Source of the DNA: Mobula hypostoma
Lineage: Eukaryota
Length of the DNA: 64,000 nt
Reading direction: 5' to 3'
Assembly (NCBI RefSeq): GCF_963921235.1
Contig: NC_086113.1
Coordinates: forward strand, 46,004,001-46,068,000
Shown: positions 12,972-26,400 of the stretch, in pieces
Layout of the letters: the number at the start of each line of letters is the position of its first letter
Numbering within the stretch: position 1 is the stretch's first letter
Program-made: the position numbers and the translations under genes
Notes under the pieces: model-generated
The model's database searches: none
Seen by the model: only the letters and a program-made list of their open reading frames with translations
Told to the model about the DNA's origin: nothing

Positions 12972-13208
12972 AATAGACAATAGGTGCAGGGGTAGGCCAT
13001 TCGGCCCTTTGAGCCAGCACCGCCATTCACCGTGATCATGGCTGATCATCCACAATCAGTATCCAGTTCCTGCCTTATCCCCATAACCTTTGATTCCACT
13101 ATCTTTAAGAGCTCTATCCATCTTTCTTGAAAACATCCAGAGACTTGGGCTCCACAGCCTTCTGGGGCAAAGAATTCCACATATCCACCACTCTCTGGGT
13201 GAAAAACC
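12972..13208 (-). mobile_element. Young 5'-truncated CR1 3' end about 60 bp downstream of TGFBR2 exon 4
   Basis: caatagacaatag tandem tail followed by ggccattcggccc and ccaccactctctgggtgaaaaa. Confidence 0.85.
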
Positions 13209-14689
13209 TCCCTACCAATGCCCTAATACCTCAGATACGATTCTATCAAATGAGTTTTAATTGTGCTCCTGCAAAACACATTAAAATGCAAGGCTGGCTT
13301 GTAACTGGCTCATTGCTGTTGGATTAATTAACAAACACTTTCCATTAGGTTTCTATTATTTTTGTTATTTGGAATTCAGTCTAACTGCAAAGCTGTCGGG
13401 AGCCTGATTCCACACTGTAGTTTATACCCTGTACAATTTAGAGATACAGTTACAGTACTAATCCTGTCCGTAATTCTACAGCATTAATCCTCTCCATTAA
13501 CCTCCTGTTCTAATACAACAGGAGTAACTCTGTCCCTACTGTCAGTTGAAAACCTTGTGGACCAGGAGTAATCTTGTCCATAACCTCAAAGCCTAAATCA
13601 GCAGGACTCCACAACCATTCCTTGCCGTTCTAATCCTGCCCCTAGTCCCAAACTGCTTTATTCTGCTGTTTGTGGGATTCTTGGCTTGGAATGCTTTGAG
13701 CTTGTAGTTTTCAGGTTGCTGGCTTTGCCTTGGTTCATTTTGTCCCTTGGCCACAGTGGAAGGTCACCTGTTTCTCCCCATCCACATAGCTTTGCACTTG
13801 CAATACCCCGTCATCGGTATCTGCCATTTTGCGCTCGCTTCTGAGCCACAATGCTGACTGAAATGTATCCTGCACCTAATCTAAGCTACTACTGCAGTTC
13901 TTGGGCCTGCCTATTTTTAGACTTGTCATTAGCTCCTCCGGAAGGATTTGGCATGTGTTAATTAGGAGCCTGACACCTGCAGATAAACTTTGGGAAAAGT
14001 TGTGTTGAGCAAAGCAGGTGTTTGAACCTGTCCAGGGTTCTTCAACAGTTCCTGTAGTCTCTAAGGAAAAGTCAGCTTTAAAAATAAATTTAGGCAAACT
14101 TCCTGTGGAAATAGGTGAATAGGTGGAAATAGCATCCTTCCACCCAACACCCCCCCCCCCCCCCCGGTCAAATGATCACAGAAACAAAAACTTCTGATTC
14201 TTTGTGTGTGTGAGATCTCTGTTCCATCTGTTTTTTTTCATTTACGTCATCACCATCAAATTTCCTTTCCTGTACCAACTCTGTTACGTGCCAATAAGGA
14301 CAGGGGCTCCTTCCTTCACGCTCCTGCAGTACCCATTTTTGTGACTGACTAAATCACTGGAGAAACTGGTGGACATGAAAGACTTTTTTCCATCATGACA
14401 GACATTCTCTCGGCAAAGTCTTCCCAAACTTGTGGTACATCAAGGTTTTATACTCTTAAAGACAATACAACTTCAATAACTTCAACGACATTATTTCCTT
14501 CAGCATTCCGTGCCTGACAAGTGGTTCAATTGAAGTACATCTTCACAGTGCAAGCACATTCTAACTGATCAGACACCTCTGAAGGTTTGAAGTCCTTTGT
14601 TGAAACAAACTAATTCACACAGATTGTCTAAAGGCCTCTGAGGGAACTAGATGCCCAGGATTAGTGTTAAGAGGGTTAACTCTCCAAAG

Positions 14690-15110
14690 TCACCTTCAGT
14701 CCAAGGAATGTGTACCCAGCCCATCCAGCCTTTACTTGTATATGAAGCACTTCAACCCCTGCACCCTCTCCAATGCAATCATATTCTCACCTGACCTGAA
14801 TTGTACACAGTACTCTAGTCGTGGCCTAAGCGGTGTTTTATACCATGACTTCTCATGCTCTTGTGTTCTACGCTTGTTTAATGAGTATATCTTGCCTACA
14901 TGCACTACTACATCTAGAGATTTCCATACTTTTCACCCAAGGTTCCTCTGTTCCTCAGTACTCCCGGAGGCCTTGCCATTCAGCGCACACTTCCGAGCCC
15001 TGTTACTCATCAGAATTAAATTCCATTAGGCATTGCTCTGCCCATCTTACCAACTGAGTGATGTCATTCTGTGTCCTGAGGCTCACCTCCCCACTATCAA
15101 CTGCACTATT
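14690..15110 (-). mobile_element. Decayed CR1 ORF2 fragment
   Basis: tgcaccctctccaatgcaatc..gacctgaattgtacacagtactc matches the CR1 RT C-terminal region. Confidence 0.6.
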
Positions 15111-16135
15111 GATTTTTTTTTTCTTTAATCTCCTCCGTGAAATTAACTGTACCGAGATGTCTCCACACTAGAGTCAACATTCTGGCAGATCTCTTCTGCG
15201 CTCTCTCTTGAGTCTTTCAAGGGTCTGGTGTTCAGTACTGAGCACAGTATTCCATCTGGATGCAATCTGTCTTTGAGAAGGGCACTTACATCCTATGCCT
15301 CAGTAAACAGACTATAGACTAATTGCCCCTACTTAACAAGTTATCCTACCACCTACATTCAATATCATGATGCATTTTATAGTTTTCCTTATTCTTACTG
15401 AATGGACCAACCCAACTCATTTATGTGTCTCTTCCCTTCTCAAGATGTTCTTGCTATGTATGGTGTTTTTTTTTTGCAGACTTGTAAATGATATCCTGTT
15501 TTCTCGGTGTCTTGAGAGACCAAAAAGAGCAGTCATTCTCATTCTGTCAAACGCTACTATAAGTCTCCTTTCAGCCTGAGAACAGCCGTCCACCACCTCT
15601 CCTGTCCCTTGGCCAGATTCATATCCATGTTGTCACAGTCCATTTCATTCAGTTGTGCTAACGTGCCTATGGTGCTGGTGCCACGAGAAACATCTCTGAA
15701 AGCCACATGCACAGCATATTAAGCATTGCTAAAAGGCTGACTTCGTCTGGTGAGGGTTTTGCTATTTGTCACTCAATTAATGTCACTGCCTTGCGTTAAT
15801 AAATGAGGGTAAGCAGGCGTTCAGCCAGCAGATCGATGCTATTTAATAGTCTTGGCGTGTGAATGAGCTGCTTGTGTTACTGGTGTGGAACTTGTCACTA
15901 GTTCAAAATTAAGTCATCCATCCTGAAGTAAGCAAGCAGGAGATCTTTCAAGCAGTTTTTAACTGTCACTGTAGATTATTTGTCCGTGTATGATTTCATT
16001 ACGATGTATACATTTTCTTCAGTTATCGTTGTGACATAGAAGTAGATCTTAGAATCATAGAGCAAAGGAAGCAAGCCTTTTGGCCCATCAGCATTTTAAA
16101 ACAGTTACCTCTATTGTCACACAGACTGCCTCTCC

Positions 16136-16345
16136 CACAAGGCTGAGGCTTTTTTCTGTTTTAAGTTACACATCCAATTAAAACAGAAAAAAGCTGCAGC
16201 CTGTGACTTATCAGTAAAGGGGGGGGAGGAAGAAATCAGATTCAATAGTAACTTTCAGAACAGAAGTTACACATCCAATTCTGTTCTGAAAGTTATGATT
16301 GAATCTGATTTCTTCCCCCCACCCCACTCCCCAGCCTTTTCTGAT
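16136..16345. repeat. Double fold-back structure: 17-bp direct repeat flanking inverted copies of both flanks
   Basis: AAGTTACACATCCAATT at 16163-16179 and 16264-16280. Perfect 17-bp inverted repeat 16148-16164/16178-16194. 36/38 inverted repeat 16228-16265/16279-16316. Confidence 0.92.
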
Positions 16346-17665
16346 GGTCCATTTCAAATAACAGCAGGCCACTTGAGTTCAAAATATTCTCCTGTCCCAG
16401 CTGTGTCTGTGGCCACCTTGCCACGCTGTCCTCCATCTGTCCATGGAAACATTCCCTCCTTATGAAAACATCTCGTGATAACTTCTACCAAATCTGTCGC
16501 CAGACTTTTACTTCCTCGTTCTCTGCTTGTTGGAAAGTTGGTTCCTCTTTACTGGTGGGCAAGAATTTGAAGGGCAGGGGGGTCTGAAGAATGTCCAACA
16601 TTGAAAGGATGACCAAATGGGGGTGATTGTTTAGATATATTGGGCTTGCAATATTGTCACTGAAGTGCTTAGTTACAGGAGTAAGCGTGAGTGCCATCTT
16701 GGACGTACGTACACAGGGTATACATGCCACGAAAATTAACTCTTTCAGCAGCACCTTGTATTACAAACGCAAGTTAACAAATTTAAATGAACACAAGTTA
16801 TGCATGACCTGCACAAAATAAACATAATGACCTGGTACAATACTGAAGGGAGGAGAAATACAGTCCAAAGTAGTTTAAGGGTTTTTCAGGCCGGGAAGAA
16901 GCTGACTAACCTACCATCTGAACTCAGTTTTCATGCCTTGGCTCCATATCCCTTGATATGCTTTCCCAGCCAAGCTCCTCCTGCCTCAGCTCTGCCTTTG
17001 TAGATTGCTCTTTATAATCTCAGCACATTTGATGCGAGTGAAATGTTTTGAAGTGCAGTGGATTACATCAGCCACTTAATTGGAACAATGCTTAAAGAAC
17101 AAAAACTGATTGAGTAAATAGTATTTATTTGGGACACTCTGAGGTTTAATTGGGCCAGGAGACTGTGCTGAACAGTTTCTAACTAGCGTCAGACGCGTGC
17201 ACTTTTGGGGCCCTCAGACACTAAACTGCGCTTAGGGAGAACAGTTTTTAAATCGCATCATTTTTGTGCTCTTGCGTTCAAGAAGCAGTGATTTTTGTGA
17301 TTGATAGTTGTTGAGAAATGAGCAGTAAGACAAATCAGAATTGTTTTGCTCCCTGCGGTTTCAAGCATTCAGGCTTGGAGATGCCAGAAACACTGTAGAG
17401 TGAAAATGTAACAATTTCACTCCTTCAGATTAGGAGTTACAAAGAGTTTGAAGGTATCGGCAATCATCTTGAATATGACAATGAAAATGAAGATTGGGAG
17501 GATGTAATCACTGATGGCATTGTATGAAGGCAGTCTGTTATCTACACCAAGTGTCTGCACTAATTTTGTACAATTGCATTTAGTCAAAAAAAAATGTGGC
17601 AGCATACAGGTACACTGAATGAATTCCTCAATCGATAACAATCAGGATAATTTTATAGTACTGTA

Positions 17666-18370
17666 CAAGTCGTCATTCACTAATCCGATTACCTGTAATC
17701 CGGTTCCTTCGATAATCCACACTGATTTCAAATTTTCTGTGCAACTGTAATTTCAAATTTTCCGGGCCACTGTACCAATCTGCTGCACATTGTTTTGGTT
17801 GCGCTAGATCTGTTCATGTGTTGATGGGTTGGTCTGCCTACGACCTCAGATCAGACATGGTGGCCCGCTGAATTTAAGCATGTTACTAAGCGGAGGAAAA
17901 GAAACTAACAAGGATTCCCTCGGTAACTGCGACTGCAATGTAGTCTTTGGGGTAACTGCAAGTCTGTGTCTTTGCTATCGCTTAGCTCATGCTTGAGTGC
18001 TGGCAGTGGGTGTGCTTTACTTTTTGCCGATGGGGAGGGGGAATTTTTGCTTGCTGCCTTACGCGCTGGAGGGAGGGGAGCGGGGAGCAGGCGCGGGGAA
18101 TTTAGGGGTTCTAACATTTAACTGTCATTCATTCTTTGGGACACTCCTCTGTTTTCATAGATGGTTGCGAAGAAAAAGCATTTCAGGATGTATATTGTAT
18201 ACATTTCTCTGACATTAAATAAACCTTTGAATTCTTTGAATCCTTTGATATTTTAAAGGTATGATGAGGCGGTTAGCTATTGCTTAATGTGATCCTTCTG
18301 TAATTCGGCATTTTCACTAATCCAGCACTCCTCAGGTCCCAATGGTGCTGGATTATAGAAGGTCGACCTG
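17666..18370. mobile_element. TA-flanked MITE (pogo/Tigger-like) nested in the previous element
   Basis: TA-CAAGTCGTCATTCACTAATCCG ... CTGGATTATAGAAGGTCGACCTG-TA. Subterminal TAATCC repeats. Confidence 0.78.
17935..18248 (+). mobile_element. Retroelement 3'-tail fragment nested in the MITE
   Basis: Homologous to 7703-7990. Ends cctttgaattctttgaatcctttga. Confidence 0.78.
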
Positions 18371-18699
18371 TAGTAGGATTGACAGTGTTCTAATTTGTTC
18401 TGTATTTCATTTAAATACATATTTTGTTACTCAGTTAAATGGTAGCTTTTTAAAATAAATCTTTTTAGCTAGTCCCATGAAACTTTGAGTAATTGGGCAG
18501 CCGTTTAATTGGACCAAGATGTACTGGACCTGATGTGTCCCAATTTACTGGAATCCTCTGTACTTCAAAGTCTAGTTTGTTATCATATGCACAAGTACTG
18601 TACATGTATACACAGATGTCATGAAAAACTAACTTGACAGCAGCAGGGTAGGCACATAGCATGATATAAGCAGTAGTCATAAGAAAGACATAAATTTTA

Positions 18700-19152
18700 A
18701 AGCTGATCACAAAGCAGCAGAGAAATCATTTGAGTTCGCAAAGCATTGCGGATGAAAATCTAACACCAGAACAAGTCTACAATGCTGATTGGTTTTTATA
18801 CCTTACATAAAACCTTAAGGTAAAATACAGATAATGCACTGTAACCTTTCAATCAAAACACGTATCGTAGGTGCAGACTGAAAGCTGCCGTTGTTTATTG
18901 TTGTTTAACAGCTGATTCAGGTATTCTCCCAATGCTGTTGTGTTGCTTTTGTTAGCCTGCACACGTTCTATTTGCATTGTATTAATGGTGTGTAATAACT
19001 TTTACTGTTAAGTACATACGTGTGACTGCTTAGCACATAAATACAGAGTCAGAGTCAGAAATGATGGCAATCCCGAGCTATCTCACTACATGTTCCAAAA
19101 CAGTCGAAACACTTCCAGCCCCAGGCATTTTGGATAAGGGCTACTCAACCTG
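18700..19152 (+). mobile_element. Tigger/pogo (Tigger4/Zombi-like) fragment with right TIR
   Basis: ADHKAAEK..ADENLTPEQVYNAD transposase remnant. End GCATTTTGGATAAGGGCTACTCAACCTG-TA. Confidence 0.78.
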
Positions 19153-20134
19153 TACTGCTATCTTTTGACATAAAGCAAGTTTCAGCATACAACATTTCAG
19201 CAATGATCTGAAAAGCTTCCTCACTTGTTTGAGACAGAATGTGGCAGAGCGTGGGTGGTCTGCCACCTTCCAGTTCCCTCCCTGTGAAAGAAAACCGTTG
19301 GCCCTGAACTTCCACATGAAATGAAAGGCAGATACCTGGCCTAAACTCTCCATTGGTGTGACAATTCCCCATTTAGCTGTGACCACTCCACCAAATGTCT
19401 GGAGTGGTGCCTGAACCCACAGGCTCCTGGCTAATATTTTTTTTACTGCCTCCGCTGATTTGGTGAAGCCAAGACTTCCAAAGTACTGACAGTATGGATC
19501 TCCTCATATCCCGCTGACGTGAACAATATAGTCCCCTCATGGCTGGCTTTCTCCCTATTTTGTTGCTGGCACGTTCTCCAACAGAGTGGAATATGAAACA
19601 AAGCACATAAACCTGAGCTCTAGCCTTGCAGCCCCGAGTGGCATTAACGTTACACTTAGCAGCTATGTGTCGGACCAAATCTGTCTTTTTAAAAAAAATA
19701 GCATTCATTCTGTGGATTTTAGCTAATACTTTTTAATAATGAGTCATTGACTTTCAAGTATGCTAAGCCTCTCTGTGAGCCTATGCTGCAGACCACACAC
19801 CCATCCCATCCTCTTTCCCCTGCACTGGTCTCAGAAACCACTTTTGCTACAGTGTGCGGACTGTGGAAATCCCAGAGTATTGTTGTGGTGTGATTAGACT
19901 AAGTGCAGAAACAGGTTCGATCGTCATTGTATACAGGAAAAAGACCCTGTTGATTTCAACTCATTGAAGAGCAGTGGAGTTGAGAAAATATGATACCGCT
20001 AATCCCAATGATTTGGCCTCCCTCGCCCCATGCTTTCCCTCCCACTTCTTCTTTGTTGGCCTTATCACATGCCGGAATCAAAACAAAACCACATGACATG
20101 GAATCTCAGTGATGTAAAGCACCCTCTTCTCATT

Positions 20135-20472
20135 GTTACATCAGGCTGGAGGTGCAGAAGCCTTAAAGTCTGATACCACCAGATTCAGGAACAGCTCTTT
20201 TCCTATAACCACCTGGTTCTTGAACCCTAACTCTACCTCAACAGTGGAACACTAGATATCACCTCGTGCATTGACGTATACTTGTCTCTTTTTTTTTGCA
20301 CTGAAGTTGTGCTTTAGCACAGTTTCTGCTCTCTTTTTTCAGCGCCATGTATAATTTATGTGTAATTAATGTTGTTTATATCTACAGGCTTCTGATGCTA
20401 CTGTAAGTAATTTTTTCATTGTCCCATGTACTTCACCATGCCTGTGCTCATGAGAATAAACTTGACTTGACC
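20135..20472 (+). mobile_element. Rex1/Babar-like LINE 3' fragment
   Basis: Degenerate SG.R.RSL..TTRFRNS.FP. Tail AATAAACTTGACTTGAC. Confidence 0.6.
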
Positions 20473-22479
20473 AGTGGGTCTGTTAATGGTGTACAGAATG
20501 CAGATCCCAGACCGCAGTCCCAAGTCAGTTCTTTACTGTGGGTCATTTACTGGTGTACAGACTGTGCACTGATGGTTAGGGTGTGTACTGTTCCTCCACT
20601 GGCCCGCATGTAGTTAGTATCTGCAGCCACCGACTCTGGTCGGTATCAAGTCACAGCTCGAGAACTAATTTCTGGGCCGCAGGTCCTTTCAACCGTACCA
20701 GAACTGGAGTTGGTGATTAGGTAGTCAGGTCTGGTCCATCGCTCACTCACAACTTGGCAGATCTGTAACCTAACTCCCCATACCTAACTTCTCCCCCATG
20801 ATTTTGGGTATCAAAAATAAACCAAGCCAGGAGTTGGAACTAACTGGGTCTCAGTTAGTAGGACTGTTGTGAATCTCTGCCAGCCTTTGCACGTTGAGGT
20901 GTTTTTGTTTTGGCTTCAGTCTTGAGGCAAAGAAGTTTACGTTGTCTGCTAAACTTCCAATCTAACAAAAATAGGCTCTCTCTATTTACCCTTCTGGTTT
21001 CAGTTATAATCTCAATCCAATCTGAATTTTGGGGATTATCTTCATATTTATGCATGCAATCCTTTCTCTAACTTAACCCTTTGATTTCAGGTAAAATCTA
21101 CAAAATATTCATTCTAAGGGTTAAGAGAATAGATTGCATGGATAAATGTGAAGTTAATCCCTGTCTGTGGCATCCAGTGTGAATATAATGAACATCTTAA
21201 AATGTAATTTTAATGTAAGTAGTCCGGTGTTCTTAGTGTGATCCAACTAGGGCTTCATTTACATACCCTGCATCCTAAAACTCTATCCTCCCAGTACCAA
21301 GGCCATCCTGTCTCCATATGGCACAACTGAACTGAAATCTGTAATGAAAACTTGAACATTGAAAGCAATGTTGAAATGTATCAATATGTGCTGAGTTCTC
21401 CCCCAACACTCATTGACCAACACACATCGCAGATAAGCTGAAGGAATAGTCTCTTAAGCATTTTGAAATCTATATGTAATACTCTTTTTATAAAAGTATA
21501 TATAATTGGTAGTCAGAATCCTACCTGGTTGACACTGATCTTTCAGCTTGAAGCTTGATCGATCTTGGCCTGTGAGGTATGGGACACTATTTTCTATGAG
21601 ACAGAAGAATTTAAGGGTTTTTGTGTGTGCATGTGTGTCTCATCTAAAACCCAAATACCCAAATCTTAAGCCCTGCTCTTTTACTCTTTTTTACTTTTTA
21701 GTGGTTTTAACTAAATTTATCTTTGTATTTTCTGTGGTTTGATAACCTGTGCTCGTCTGTTTCCTGTGGCATTTCTAACAACACATCAATCTGAAAACCA
21801 CGGCAGGGTAAGGACAGCAGGTTGCTCAGGTGAGATGAACATTGTCCCCCTGGCACACTTGCCTCCTGTTACATTTCAGCAATAGCACCATTCGAATCAT
21901 TCTGGGCAATACCACATGGTTCTCACAGGAAGCATATATTGCATACGTGTTTTTCTTTATCAGGGCCAGATTCCTTTGACCCTTGAAGGTTCCTTCTGTA
22001 ACTCCCGGTTGGGGCCCTTCAGGAGAAAGGCTGGACCTCTGATTCACAGTGCTCCGGCCTGAGCCTGGAGTTCTGTGCGTTTACTAGCTGAATGCTGTCC
22101 TAAGCATTCAAGGTCCTTGTAGCCGTCCCTTCTTAGTGGTGATGTTTTATAAGGAGCCCTGCCTGCATGCACCAATCACAACCCAGAAATGTCCCAGTGC
22201 ACTGCAAATCCAATTAAGATGCAAGTATTTTCGAGTACTGATGTAAACATGGCAACTAATTTAAACACAGCAATATCCTGAAAACAACAGTGGAAGGTAT
22301 CTTCAAGCAATACTTTAAGTGATATTGTTTAAAGATTAAATGTTAACTACAGCATTGATGAGAAGCGCGTCAACCCCGCTCTTCCAGAAAGCGTCAAGCG
22401 TTGCGGGTTTTTCTAGCTCAGAGAACAGTCATGATCCTGGTTTTTCAGTCTCCCTCAGGAAGTGGGTTTTGCTATTGGT

Positions 22480-22860
22480 TCAAAGAATTCTTTATTTCAA
22501 AGATAAACTTTAAATCATCATTTAATAGTAATACAAAAGAGGAAATAGTCCAAAACTTCTATATTTTTCATTAATAGTAGTGTTGACTTTTTCAAACCAC
22601 AGTACCATTGCTACTTGTGTGGCTCCCTGAGGTGATGTGCCATTTCAGTGTTTGACGTGCTTCCCTACCCAACTCAGCCGTTCCAAGTGTTGAAGAGGAA
22701 GGAGCATAGACTGCGGTCCTTCCCCACTGAGCCATTGCTTTGGCTACACAAAGCTTCAGTGCGCATTTTCCTCGAACCTGGAATGTACCAGATGGTAGCA
22801 TGCCCTAATGGACATTTCACGGTGTTGGAAATCCAAGAAGTTTTGGGTTGACCACAGGGT
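22480..22860 (-). mobile_element. Tx1/L1-clade LINE 3' fragment
   Basis: Minus-strand ALKLCVAKAMAQWGRTAV resembles the Tx1-like ORF2 C-terminus, followed by a 3'UTR with AATAAA. Confidence 0.5.
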
Positions 22861-24719
22861 GTTCACAACATGACATCTTAGTTCAGGGAGCTAGTTTATC
22901 GCACTGTTCTCACAGCATTTGATATCGATAGTCATGAGGAGCCTGCCACGGTGTTGTGTAACCACATTTAATTTCAGTTGTAGTCTTTGTGAAATTATAC
23001 TGCTAGTCATCTGAGTTTAACAGCTTGTGCCAATAATATCACAAAAATAGTACTGTGTAAACTCAGTTATGGTAAAGTAGAATTGAGTTTGCATTAATGG
23101 AGACGCAAAACTACTGGGAGTGTGGTAATGCCAAGAGAAACCAACTTTGGGAGAACTTTTATGCAACTTTCATGGCTGTGCTTCAGACTGAAAGGTACGA
23201 CCCTGTTAATGTGGGCAGGGTTGTGGTGTCTGCATGTGAGCTTGTGAAATATAAAACTGCTTGCTCAAGCAAAAGCGTCCAGAAGCTTTGTAGGTGGGTG
23301 GGTGGGGGTGGGTATGCTTTGCCTTAGTAAGGAATTCCTTTACAAACAATGAGAAGTTGGAGAGCAACACACAGTCTGCTAGAGGAATGCAGTGGGTTAA
23401 ACTTCATGGGGGGTGTGGGGGAGGAAATAAATTGTCACCGTTTCAGATTGAAACCTTGCATTATGACAACTGCTTGACCCACTGACTGTCTGTTGCTCTA
23501 CATTCCTGCATTTGTAGGGTCTTGTCTCCAGTAACAAGTTGTGAGTTGGATTTTACATCGATTGAAGCTTCTTTTTGGCCAACAAATTGGGAGCCAGTTC
23601 ATTCGAAGAACTGTTTGATGTCCTCCCTGTTAAAATGTATCTTTCTAGAAAGTGGACATTGCCTGTAAAAATGTGTGAAGCAGTCCATTTGACGCCTTTT
23701 CACTTCTAGTTGGTGGGCTCACCGTTGTTCGGTATAGAAGTAATGAGGCCCATTGTATCAAGTACTATAGGCAAGAACATAAGAAATAAAAGCAGGAATT
23801 GGCCAACTTGTCCCTGAAACCACCTCTACCATTTACTGAGATCACAGCTGATTCAAACATGGCTTTAGCATCACTTTTTTTTTTGCTTTCTTCCCATACC
23901 CCTTGACATCTTTGCAGTTCAAATATATTGATTGATTCGTCTTTTACAGCTTCTCAGGGTAGAGAAGACTTGAAATTCACAATCCTTCAAGACCTCTTGC
24001 TCAAAAACTGTCTTCTAGTTCATAATAGCTGCACTAGGGGAGTCTCCCTGCAACCAATTCTCATTCTTCTACCAAGTCCAATATGAAGGAGATACAGTCC
24101 CAATGAGGGGGAAAAGTATTAATTGCTGTGTTTGCTAATCACTCATCAGCTTGAGTTTCCTCTTTCCAAAACTGAATTCCTGCTGAATGTTTAATATTGA
24201 TTTGTTTCACCTTTACTGTTGGACAGTTTTAAAAAAAAGACGAGGGAACTTTGGATAGCAGCATTTCATAGTAATGTCATTGTTAAGGAAGTCATTTATG
24301 GGCCAACTGAAAGAAGATTGTGACTCTGGAGAATAGATTAGATATAAAAGATTCACAGGTACATATCTAGAATTTCCTATCTAACCATATTGATAATTTA
24401 AAAATTTGAAATTCATTTTATTTTAATTCACTACCTTTCATTTTGTTTTCCTTCTTTGCTCGAGGTTCTTGGCATTCTAAAAAGTCCAATGCTGTTGCAT
24501 AATAACCTTGGTCACTATCCATTGTTACTGTAATGTATTCAAATGGGGGCTTGTCACATGTCTAGACAAGAGGATTCTGAGCTGGATGCAAGAAGCCTTT
24601 GGTTTCACCACCTAAGGAAATCTTGCTCCTTAAAACAGCCTATACTGCTGAAAGAGCTTACTTAATGTATAGAAATTATACATTGACCCCGTTCAAAGTC
24701 GGCCTATTTTACTAATTGG

Positions 24720-24975
24720 TTTATGTATTTAGAAATACAGTGCAAAATAGGCCCTTCCGGCCCAATGAATTGTGCAGCCCAGCAACCCTAGCCCAATCAT
24801 GGTAGAATCTACAATGACCAATTAACCTACTGGACTGTGGGAGGAAACCAGAGCACCTGGAGGAAACGCGCATGGTCACAGGGAGAACGTACAAACTCCT
24901 TACAGACGACGTCTGAATTGAACTCCAAGCTCTGACACCCAAAGCTGTAATAGTCGCGCTAACAGCTCCGCTACT
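24720..24975 (-). mobile_element. V-domain (HE1-like) SINE
   Basis: GGAGTTTGTACGTTCTCCCTGTG...GGTGCTCTGGTTTCCTCCCACAGTCC. Related copies at about 33420-33660, 38590-38765, 43510-43770, 45030-45165, 48220-48410(-) and 57545-57800(-). Confidence 0.8.
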
Positions 24976-25503
24976 GAAACGAACTCGAAGTCTCGGTCCA
25001 AATTGAAATCTTTCATCAGTTTCCTGCAAGCCATTGTAATTGGATACAAAGGAGCCATTTGACTTGATTTTGAAATAGTCAGCGGGAGCAGTGACATATT
25101 TATTTCAGGGAATATAACATGGACACACATCAACACCCAGGCAATGATCAGCTGTCTTACCTGGTCACCCCGGATTGAATGCCTTTCAGGCCATGACCCA
25201 CACCCACACCACAAGAACGAGAACGCAGAAAGTCCTAGTGGAATGCCTCCATACAGTTAACTAGTGTCTGGTTTTGCACAACTCTCTCAATAACAGTGGA
25301 TCAGGAGACCAGATTTGATGCAAGGACAAAGGAAGTTGGTCAAGGTTATGAATAAACTTTTATTTAACTGAAGACCTTGGTAGACCATAAGTTAATTTTA
25401 AATCAGGGCATTAGTCGTATTCGGTTTCCGTCCACTTCTTGTAAGTTTTATGACATTCCAATGACCAGCATGACAATTTTTACCCATTTTATGTACCTTG
25501 TAG

Positions 25504-25645
25504 GTTGGCACAGCCAGATATATGGCCCCTGAGGTGCTGGAGTCGCGCATTAATTTGGAGGACATTGAAGCATTTAAGCAGACGGATGTGTACTCGCTGG
25601 CACTTGTATTGTGGGAGATAGTATCGCGATGTACAGCTGTTGGCG
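25504..25645 (+). CDS. TGFBR2: TGFBR2 exon 5 ([47 protein letters not shown])
   Basis: ttgtag| acceptor, |gtgagt donor, 142 bp, phase 0 to 1. Contains the APE motif and subdomain IX. Not in the supplied ORF track; read manually. Confidence 0.97.
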
Positions 25646-26009
25646 GTGAGTGGCTTTAAAACTCTTATCGTAAAACCTCAGAGAGACTGGCATTTATAAC
25701 AAAGATCATGTGTCTCCCTGTGATCTCCCCAAAAAGGAGAAGCTATCATTTGTATCAATAAAGGTTCAGTTGGTGATTCTCTTGGCTCTTTGGTAAAATA
25801 TGAAATGAGAACCAACACGACTCCCTAGATCAATGTAAATCCTTTTATTATTTCCACCAGTTGAGGAATTTGGTCAGTATATTAATTATCACAGCACTTT
25901 TTGCCCCTTTGTTTGGTTAGAAAGACTGAACATTGCATTTCAGCAGATACTAATCTAAAACTGCTTTTCCAATGGCAAGTATTTCTTTGAAGCCATGAGT
26001 ACCATTTTA

Positions 26010-26400
26010 GAAATATAGAAAATCTTCAGCACATTAGAACCATGTAACCTATTCTAGAAGCTGCCTAGAGTTTCTCTACTGCATAGCCCTCTATTTTTCT
26101 AAGCTCTATGTACCTATCTAAGAATCTCTTAAAATACCCTATTGCATCCATCTCTACCACCATCACTGGCAGTGCATTCCACACACCCACCACCCTCTGT
26201 GTGGAAAAACTTGCCTCTGACATCCCCTGTACCTACCTCCAAGCACCTTAAAACTGTGCCCTCTCGTGTTAGCCATTTCAGCCCTGGGAAAAGACCTTTG
26301 GCTATCCACACTATCAATGCCTCTCATCATCTTATACACCTCTATCAGGTCACCTCTCATCCTCCGTCACTCCAAGCAGAAAAGGCCAAGTTCATTCAAC
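26010..26400 (-). mobile_element. CR1 3' end
   Basis: RGDLIEVYKMMRGID...NTRGHSFKV. Same subfamily as 30840, 38815 and 41155. Confidence 0.9.

Larger units (their letters stand above)
17056..18560. mobile_element. Non-autonomous Tc1/mariner-pogo-type element (outer host of a nest)
   Basis: Ends CAGTGGATT... and ...GGAATCCTCTG-TA, with subterminal TTAATTGG repeats at both ends. Confidence 0.7.

Noticed and set aside
11952-12983. 343-aa ORF as a single-exon kinase or truncated receptor isoform
   Set aside because: The first 50 and last 22 residues are intronic read-through beyond canonical splice sites at 12102/12103 and 12914/12915. No sequence evidence for intron retention.
22877-22897. Short match to 11027-11048 (AGTTCAGGG(G)AGCTAGTT)
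   Set aside because: Under 20 bp with no extension; cannot be distinguished from chance.
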